Made by a program: the position numbers and the translations under genes. From the NCBI GenBank assembly GCA_003344405.1, contig NOWV01000013.1, forward strand, positions 930,001 through 994,000: a DNA stretch of 64,000 nt, in the 5' to 3' direction. Source of the DNA: Trichoplax sp. H2 (lineage: Eukaryota). Positions 54,166 to 64,000 of the stretch are shown one piece after another (position 1 is the first letter of the stretch; each line of letters opens with the position of its first letter). The notes below the pieces were generated by a model. It was not told where the DNA came from. It searched no databases and was given only the letters and a program-made list of their open reading frames with translations.

Positions 54166-57100
54166 TAGCAAAGTGACTAATTATTTTGGATAGGAGGGAC
54201 ATTGCCTAATAGCAATAAGCACGAAAATTTAATTTTTTGACGCCCTATTGATATAACTATCTGAAAATCAAACTTGATAATCATAGGAAGATTGTTTCAA
54301 TACCTTCAATATTTATTCTAGAATTTTCATATTTCAGTCTTATTTTCTCTTGTGATTACTTCGACTCGAAATTTCAGGCTGATTTTGACAATTCTGCTAA
54401 ACCTATTTAAAATTTTGTTAAAATTTATTGGACATATCAATAAGCATGTAATATATTTCCCCTAATGAATAAGAAAAGATAAATTATGATGTAATATGGA
54501 ACTAATTGATTCAAAGAAAAAAAAGATAAAATCGTAAATTGAATTAAAATTGCAAAATCTGCTTGGATCCGTATATATGCATCATTTCGATGATGCTTAT
54601 TTGTTTATTCCGAATGGGATAGAGACTAATTTTTCCTTTGTTGAAGAAGGATAACCTTAACTACAGGGAGTTCTGCTATAAAATTTATGTCTTTAAGGAT
54701 TGTTATTTAAAATTATATCAAAATCTTAGAAAGTGAACTAAAAGTTCGTCGATATAGGGTTGATGAATCAATTTGTATGCTCGTCTATCGGTTTTGTGTT
54801 TGATTATTTTAACAACCTTTAAGATTCGTGAATGAAAAGAAAATAAAATTGTATGCATTTGAAACCAACAATTCTAAATATACTTCTGCTGATATTTTAC
54901 TGCATATTAGCATCTTAATCGTGTATGTGAGCTTTCTATCTTATTATAAGCAGAAAACATGTTAGATACCTTAACAAAACCTAGCGTTTATTTACTAAAG
55001 TGATGAAAAAACAAAACTAGAGGACGTATAGTTTAGTAGAATCAGTCAAAAATAAACTTGCTAATTTATAATTATAGTAAATATTTCCACCTTTAAGAAA
55101 GACATAATACGATAGTATCAGTTTTTGAATACCAGTTGAATTATTTGGATAGCGTAAAGAGCTGATTTTGGGAGAGCAAATAGAGATTGATTCTGTTGGT
55201 TGGCGGAGAAACATTGCAGATTGTAATCACTTGTACTCCATAACATTAGCTAGCTAAGAATGGAATAGGCTAGGCCTATTCCATCTTGTGTCGATTTTAT
55301 AGGAACAGGATGAGGATTGAAATCAATACAATGTTTATAATTATAGCTATAATATGTGCAAGAACCAGGCTCAAGTACAATAAATAAAAATTTTGTAAAA
55401 AAAAATTGCAATACGACGGTTTATGAAGTATCTCGTCCAAAAAAAGAAAAGCATGTAGCTACCGCAAATTGTGGCCTAATAATTTTTCTTTATAATATCC
55501 ATTACAGCAAACTGTAGGCTAATAGCCCTTGTAGTAACATCGAATTGCACCATATGCTATTATAAGGACTTTCATAAATGATAATTGCGTCCATACTAGA
55601 GTATATACATTAGGGCTCTCTCTAATGAATATGGTAAATACCTATCTAAGATCAGAATAATATATAATTTCAGCAAACTATGATGTAATAATCTTTTCAA
55701 AAAACCCCGAATTATTTCTTTAGCGATTATAAAGAGTTTAACAAGTGATAATTACACAATTTTATTTGCATTAGGGTCCTAGAACATGGAGCTCTTAGCA
55801 CTCTAAAGGTGCCACTAAAAATGTAAGTACTCGAATCAAACCTAAATAATTGCTATTCCAGCAAGAAGATGATTTTCTGATTGTTTATTAATGCTTTAAT
55901 TTCCTTCATAAATCAATTATCATATCAAGAAATATTGTATTATTAGCAAGATACAACTTTTGAGTTGAAAGAGTCTAGGAGGAAAATTTTGACTCAATCG
56001 CAGACTTTTAGTTAACGATTAAATTATTAATGATACTTGATCAAAGATCATGTGGTATCCCTTTCAATAGTTTCTGTAATACCTTGATAAAGCAAAGATT
56101 GGTATAATTAGGGCGTCCAATGAGGTGTCAATTATGATATTTTGCCTTAGTCAACATAATTAGTTATTTTATCTATTTTATAATACAACTCAGGGATTGA
56201 TTGCGATACATTGCTCGCTTTTAAAAAGTTAAGCGAGTAGTATTAATCTTAAAGTTTATAATCCATGAAGGTTGTTAAAATTGGGTCTAGCTTTTAATCG
56301 ATCTTTAAAAGATAATCTAGTCTATAGGGGACACCTTAGACTGTTTTCATTATGAATCCAGGTGAGTATTAGTTTTACCCTTGTAATAGACTTGTAATGT
56401 ATGTTATATCCAGGTTAAAAATCAGATGAAAGCAACACTTATAGCCGAGGCATATCTGTTCATACAGATAATACAGATTGATCTTAATTCCTAGTAAAGT
56501 TCTGGAAATACTAAAACTTCGTCATAGAGACGAATCTTGCTTTGAGATGTTAGCGATATTACGCAATCTCTATTTTTCATGCAAATATATCGTAGCGAAC
56601 TGGTTCAGTGATTGAGTATTAAATCTAGAATACTATAGGGCTAAAACATGAATAAATACTTGATTGAAGTCAGAATAATGGAGAGGTTTAATTTTACTGC
56701 TGCGGCCAGGTAGATACTCGATCAGCGCAATAAATAGGCTTCAATTTGATTGCTAAGCTGCACGCCTACTCGATTTGTACAATAGATAGATTGAATATTG
56801 TAGTCAGCTAGTAATGCTAGATGATAAAGGTACGAATAGATTTAATCACATATTTCCTTCATTTTCTTTAAAGGTATACCCATGATTAAGGAGGTAGTAG
56901 ACCAGCGTAGTGGATCGACTTAATTGTTAGGCTGTTGATTATTATATACTCGTATATACGAGTATGTTAAATAATGAAAGTGAGAAGATTTTAACTCAGG
57001 TATCTATCATAAGGTTATAGAGATACAAATTAGTAATAATTAGGGTTAGTTTTTAGACTATGAATGATACTGAATGATGAAAGCGCTAATGGATACATCA

Positions 57101-58155
57101 TTTATTGCCTAGAAACCTGCAATTAATTTCTAGAACTATTTAAGAGCTTTTCTTCGTTTACTAGCAGTAAGCAAACAGAAATGAATTAATGTCGGTCTTC
57201 CTGCCAAGTTAAACTATATCCAAGTCTGTAGTTATTAAAATAGCAATCATGGTGTTTACTGAATATATGACGATAGATATCATTAACATTTGATATTTTT
57301 CCTTCTTTGCTTAAACATAAATCAATGTTTGCCTAACGGTGTTGATTGCTTCAGAAATATCGCGTTAAAAATTCAATAAAAGAGTGGGTATATTGAATAA
57401 ATAAATAGTGGGAGTATAATGAATACGAATGAGGTGATGGCTGTTTCATCTTTACTTGTAAGCAAATAGACAAGTACAGCCATGGAGATACTCTTAACAG
57501 CAGCTTATGGGCTAGTTTTACTAACATCCTATAACAATGTAACTATAGGCATAATAATGTACTATAATGCTCTTTATTTATACTGAGAAAAGAGTCCTGG
57601 CCAGATTAATCATTTTGGTAATTAACTACCGGGAAGGATTGAAATTATTCCGATCGCAAAGAATTTATCTCAGGTTTCAAAGATTCACTTCATTTTGACA
57701 TTCACTGTAATTTGTCATAATTATTCCTTGTATGCCCTATGTTGCTCAAGATGGACAAGTGTCCATTCACTTAAAATTGCTACTGTATTAAATTAGTAGC
57801 CGAACGTGAAGTTCTTATTTAAAATAGTAGAATAAAATACGATTCATAGTCAAGTTATAAGCTGATAAATTTGAGAATATAAAATATTTTAGTTTTGAAG
57901 ATTAATTTTCCTTACTATTGACCATGAAACTGCTGTTATACGAGTAATTAAATAGTAATAGATAAATATAATTGCCATAAGCTCTCAAAAATGGATTCAT
58001 TTGAATTTTTGGAAAGTTGCTCACAGTCCCTTAATGAGATGAAAAACTCTTCTATTGCTTTCCATACGTTGATTAATTATTGAATCGTTCTTCGCTGACT
58101 GTAAAAATTTTCTATTTTCAGCTCTTGTGAAAATCGAGTTTAGTAAGTCAAAAGG

Positions 58156-61100
58156 ATGAAAAAATTTATCGATGGTTACCAAGCGGTGGATAATAAAACT
58201 AGTTCAAGTCAGGAATCGACTAGACTATTCTATCATGTCGAATCAGAAGAGCATGTTAGCATAGATGATATTTATAGGAGAAGAAGTAGTTCAGACACAA
58301 GTTCAATCCAAGGATATCAAAATATAGTTGATGCAAGTGAAATAATGGAAATGAAAAGCATTCCTATTAATGATGCAGGTGTAAGTGATAATTGTAGGGG
58401 TTTTTAGTTGATGACCTGAGGTACCTTTACGCCATATTGTGGTAGATTCTGAATGGAGTAAAGCTGAATAGTAGATTTTATGAAACAATTTACGAGAGTA
58501 GAGCCACCCATTCTTGTAAATACATAATACCTAGGATGTACTCGAGAAATGAGCTACATATGATTTAGTTCATCTCTATAGAACTACTTTAAGGTATTTG
58601 AGAAAAGATTTTGTTAAATAATCTACTCGTGCAAGTACATAAGTCTTAGGATATACTTGAGAAATGAAGAAAAAATATGGTTTAGGTCATTTCTGTTTAG
58701 AATTACGGCAGTTAAAACTGTATGAGAGGAATTGTAGATAGAATAATCTGTTGTCGCAAGCAAAGTACAGTAATTCTGTTAGTATTTGCAATAGTTTTAG
58801 GTATCAAATAGAGGATTGAAAATATCTATTTGAAACTAGGTGAATAAATTAGAAGTTGAAACTTTTTTTAATTTGAAACGAATGAAACACTTTGTTCACA
58901 AAATTATTGTTGTGGAATTCTTTCAGATTTCTTTTTATAAAGTAAATTGAAATGAGAACATTCTTTTACCCAATATCAGAAACAGTACACTTGTATTTAC
59001 GATGTGCAAATACAGCCAATTGATCCATTAAATTCGTGATTGTTATTTAACAAACTTGGGTTTTTATTTTAGGATGGCAACTGTGATGATCATAGTTTGC
59101 TTTTAAAGGTACGATTCATCAAGAAAAACGGGTGAAAATATCTAATTTATTGGTCGCAAAAGAATAGTACTTTCAAGTTATTATGAATAAGATGAAATAA
59201 TTTACTATGTAGATAGACAATCATAAGGAAAATGATAAATCTGGCATTGCTTTATCCTCGTTTAACATTATGAATACTATCTTAGCTACGGGCATCTTGG
59301 GTAATTGATATTTTTACTATTTGATATGCTAATCTATGCAGATAGTATAGAACCTAACCAATTTTTTTTATCTATATCGCCAATCACAGGAATACCCTAT
59401 GCTTTAAAGCAAGCAGGATTTGTTATGGGCTTAATTATTCTCCTGCTTGTCGCAGCTATATCAGGTAATGTCTATTTTATCCTTCCATCACCACAGTTGC
59501 TTCTATGAAAATTACCAGCTAGGCTATTTTTAGATATTTTGGAATTTCCTTCTTTATCAAGATGGTGTTGTGATGCTAATGCCTCCGCATTAATCAAGCA
59601 TTTCTTAGCAAACGTAGAATATAATGAAGTATTTGCAACAATCACCATAGACGCACTGATTATAGATAATCAGCGATGTTATAGAAATTTCCTTCTTTAT
59701 AAATGTTGTGTTTTGATACTAATGCCTTTGCATTAATCAAGAATTTTTGGTATACTATATGCAGAATATAATGGAGTTTTTACAACATCATTATAGACGC
59801 TTTAATGATAGAGGATCATAGATGACCATCGATGTTTTAAAATTTTCTTCTTTATAAATATTTTGTGAAAATGCTGATACTTTCACATTAATTATCATTT
59901 ATAACCACATTATTAGCTTAGCTTCTAGAAGTTTGCTTTACTACTATACTGATGGCTAGGTATAACTAAGACATGCTTTATCCAACTACTGTATAATGTG
60001 TATATATGGCGGATGCACTAACAAATAGGAAGTTAAAAGTTTCTTATCGGTCATGTTGAAATCGATTTTTAATTGATTGCAGATTTTACAGCATTATTAT
60101 TGATCAAGTCCGGCAGATTAGCCAGTCAGAGCTCTTACCAGGTGAGATAGAAGATCCTTTTTGGCTTATTTGAAATAGCTTGATCATTTATACAGCATAA
60201 GGAGTCTACTTACATTTCTATTTGCTTCAGAGTGTTTATTGAAAAATATTGACTAATCAAGGAGCCAATTAATCATCATTTTATTCCAGTCTTTATCATT
60301 GCTTCTTTACACCATAATTACGGACATTATTTCCAATGCGTACTATGTCTTTATTCCGAATTTTTAATTATCCATATTCTATGGAGGCTAAAATTACATT
60401 TGAACAGATAACTTTGTATGAAATCGAGGAAATTTAAAAATACAATTTGTCAGCGATATCACGCCTTACATACTTATTCTTGTCGCCTATTTCATGACTT
60501 GGATATATTGCTGATCTAGCCTTCTCAAAATGCAATTATAAAATTATGCAAGGAATATTTTATAAAATAGAAAAAAAGTAACAAGCAGAATACAGAAACA
60601 TAGTGAAATATTGCAGATAATACTAGACGGGTAGTTGCTGATAGATGATAAAAATGTTAGAGGTTAATAAATATTGCATGAGCATAAGTGTTGCCATTGC
60701 TTGAGGTATTTTTATTAATGGCATTCGCAATCAAGGTAGCCAATAGCCTATGTCATTTTAACGGAAATTACTGTGCTGAATCAATCTTTTGCTTTATAAA
60801 AATAGCTGATGCATTTACTTTGTTTTAAAATGAAACACAGAATCTTGCCAGGGCTGCCTTTGGTAATATGGGTTATTATCTTGCACTAGTCTGCCAGTTT
60901 TTATTCCCTTTTCTTGGTTAGTCGATAAAATCGTTTAACCTACGATGGAAATGCTTAAAAGTTCGGAGACTAATTAATATTTAATGTAGAGCAGGACTTG
61001 ACCAGTTTATAGTGGTTAATGGACGTAAAATGGATAACTAATTGTATTTTATATATGAAAATATTCTAATAATGCTATTAGCCATGATGGGATACCTTGT

Positions 61101-64000
61101 GGTCATTGGAGACTCATTTACCAGATCATTTCATCATTTAGGTGAGGATTACGCTCAGCTTTTATCATTTTCTAATTTAGCATTCTGATATTTTTCCACA
61201 ACAACCACTTTAATATCTGACTATATCAATTCAAGATGATGGAACCGTTGTCCTACAAGATAGACGATTTATTATTAGCATGGCGATGTTGATTATTGCA
61301 CCACTGTGTTTTTTTAAACGCTTGAAAGACTTAGGAGTGGTAAGCATAAATTCTAATGCTACGTGAATGGAGAAGAAGTAATCATCCATTAGCAATAATT
61401 ATTTCGATCTTCTTGGCATGTTGCTTTACTTGCAACTGTTTTCATTCTATTAGCTTATTTAATAAGCAATTAAAGTATATCAAATACTAAAACATAGAGC
61501 AAGTATTTTATATAGCCGTCCTTGATTATCTAGGTATCGATGATTTCCTTAATATGTTTAGCCGTCTTAGTGCTGGCAGTTCTTATCCGTATGTCGACAT
61601 TGAAACCGCTAATGTAAGTAGAACTTTATTGCTATCTAGTCTATCTAGCTATCCCATCATAATTGTTATACTATGCCTTGGTTTGATAGCCCAGAAACTC
61701 CTCACGCTTGGCAGTTTGCTACTCTCAATATTCCGCAGGCTATTGGAATTACTGCATTTGGTATGGCATAATATTAGGCTTAGGATATAATTAAAGCAAA
61801 GCCATGGCTAGTACAATTTAAGATGCTGTTACTAAAACATGAGTTATCATTACGTGTTGTTCAATTCCATTTAGAATTGCATCGATGAACTCAAGGCTCG
61901 TGATTTATTGTAATATCTTCAATTTAGGTTTTGTTTGGCATCACAACACATTCCTAATTTACAACTCTTTGAAAAGTAATAGCATGGACAGATTTAATGC
62001 AATATCGCATGTTTCCATCTCAACAGCACTGGTATTTATGCTTCTTCTTGGCATGGTTGGTTATATTACATTCACAGGAAACACTCAAGGTACACTAAGC
62101 TAAGGGTTATTGTCAATATATACAAGCTAATACAAACTAAATAACCCTTACTATTTCTAACTTTATGAATAATTGTCAATTTTATAACATTTATGGTAAT
62201 CCATAGGTATCTACCTGTATGCAGTCTAGAATTGAGCTAGCTATAATCAAGTTTAACAAGACATTTAAGAGAACAAATATATAGGCTGAATGCTCTAATA
62301 TTTTAAAAAGATTTTATAGCATTTTAGCCGTCACCAATTTCACAAAATTATGGTTTTTGTCTCATTTTCTAGCGGATATTTTGGAGAATTATTGTGATGA
62401 TGATATTCTCATCATTGTGAGCCGATGTTGTTATGCTATCTCTATGATGTTAACTTATCCAATAGAATGTTTCGTATGTAGAAACGTAAGTACTTGTCAC
62501 TTCAATAGAGTAACATTGAGAGTGGATATGGCAATGGAATCTATAGGATATTTTAAATTAGTTAGCAAGTTCTAATTCACTATGACTTTAAAATCGGATT
62601 TTCTAAAGGTAATCTTAGAATCTATCAAATTTTCAGAGTTAGAGAGAGAATTAATGATATGAATATTGACGTCTATAGATAATTTGCACCATCTTGAAGA
62701 CCTTGACCATTATCGACTGTTGAATTTTACATTTATAGATTATACAGATTGCTTTCTTTAGCAATGCAAGAGATTCTATTTGGAGGCACTGCATTATTAC
62801 AGCATTAATTATTTTAGGTACTCTACCGGTACCTTTGATTACCAGGTGTCTTGGATTTGTTCTTGAGCTAAATGTAAGCTCAAAAATGATGTATTTGAGT
62901 ATTAATCTATCGCAAGATATAAAATTTTTCTAACGATAAATTGCTGTATTTCTTAATAGGGAATCATTGCTGCAACACCTTTAGGTAATATTATAATCAA
63001 CTACTGAAGCGAAGATCTAAATAATACCTTTACACTATGATTTAGTCTTGATAAACCTAAATTATATATAGTAAACACAGACAATGTTACTTCCATTGCG
63101 AGCCTATAGGTTTGACTTTGCAAAGTTAAGTAAATTGCTATTGCATTTCTATGAACAATATATTGCTCAGGCGTTGGGAAAGAGCTAACAGCTACGCATG
63201 CGAGTAATAACCACATTTGAAGTGTACTTGTAGATTAAGATCCTTTAACTCTCCCTAGTGTACCTATTTTATTGTGTGGACAAGTATACGTATACACGGT
63301 AGATGATCAATGTCGATGGATTGAATAGCCTACCTTAGATTACCATGATATTTAGCTCGTTTAGTGCACATGCTTTATTGTACCTTTCTATAGACGATCG
63401 AAGTGGATAGATTGATTTACTATAGACTGATATCATATTTCGCCAAAACTTGTTTATGTCCTTATCATAATAATTGGGGGTAGGATGGTGGTTATGGATA
63501 GGGTTTGAAGCGAAGTACTATGTAATTTACACTACTCATGCGAGTAAATACAGCAAATATTAGAGTATACTACGTTAATATATACGTGTACTTTGATCAA
63601 TTTTAATATCTCACTAAAGTACACTAAAGGTGAGCTAAATCACTTTTAAGATTATCGGAGTTTATGTATTTGATTGAATTAGGATTGTCGTGTCACAATA
63701 ACTAATCACGATTCATTGCATGAGTTACTTCCTGAGCTAACGTCTGTTGAGTGTAGATCATTTAGGTGGAGACAGTGGATACTTGTATGGATTCTTCAAC
63801 TATATATTAAAATTATGGCTACACGTACCACTATCACATTAACAAAATATAATCCCATTATTGCTTTCTATTTCAGTATTTCTTTTCCCTCCAGCTTGCT
63901 TTATCAAACTCTCCACAAAATCAAACTTTTCTATTGAAAAGGTACTTTCTGTGATTATTATCGCCATTGGAATTGGAATAGTTGTAATTGGACTACTTGT
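58156..64000 (+). CDS. SLC38A11: SLC38A11-like amino-acid transporter, paralogue C, 15 coding exons; last exon truncated by the window end
   Basis: Exons 58156-58380, 59073-59108, 59213-59300 (SGIALSSFNIMNTILATGILG), IPYALKQAG, CQFLFPFL, 61690-61760 (PETPHAWQFATLNIPQAIGITAF), GFVWHHNTFLIYNSLK, GYITFTGNTQ.DILENYC, MLTYPIECFVCR, CLGFVLELNG. The last exon starts at 63877 (FLFPPACFIKL...) and is open at 64000. Confidence 0.94.
59535..59895. repeat. Degenerate tandem duplication, unit about 150 bp, about 2.3 copies, intronic
   Basis: AATTTCCTTCTTTAT.AA..TG.TGTG..GCTAATGCCT..GCATTAATCAAG recurs at about 59543, 59686 and 59840. Confidence 0.7.

Overview
AT-rich, intron-dense eukaryotic (animal) genomic DNA. 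Compact introns and divergent metazoan-type proteins suggest a non-bilaterian such as a placozoan, but that is inference. I assembled six spliced genes by hand from splice sites and reading-frame continuity. Minus strand: the 5' part of an AMPK gamma subunit (PRKAG-like, runs off the left edge), a complete INSIG, and a 22-exon SENP1/2-like SUMO protease. Plus strand: three tandem SLC38A11-like amino-acid transporters (the third runs off the right edge). Introns and intergenic DNA carry about a dozen locally amplified tandem arrays of 45-430 bp units, including a palindrome-rich array with TTAGGG-like hexamers. The most notable observations are: (1) all three SLC38A11 paralogues keep a 27-36 nt frame-preserving microexon encoding almost nothing but an acidic-dileucine sorting signal; (2) the third paralogue lacks one intron precisely and has altered TM1/TM6 substrate-site motifs; (3) a frame-required 37-nt exon with a GC donor in the AMPK gamma gene; (4) SREBP/NF-Y-like motifs upstream of INSIG; (5) a gene set whose human homologues lie on the Hox-bearing chromosomes. 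I saw no rRNA, tRNA, CRISPR or intact transposase/RT. All gene models are manual and untested by alignment or RNA data.
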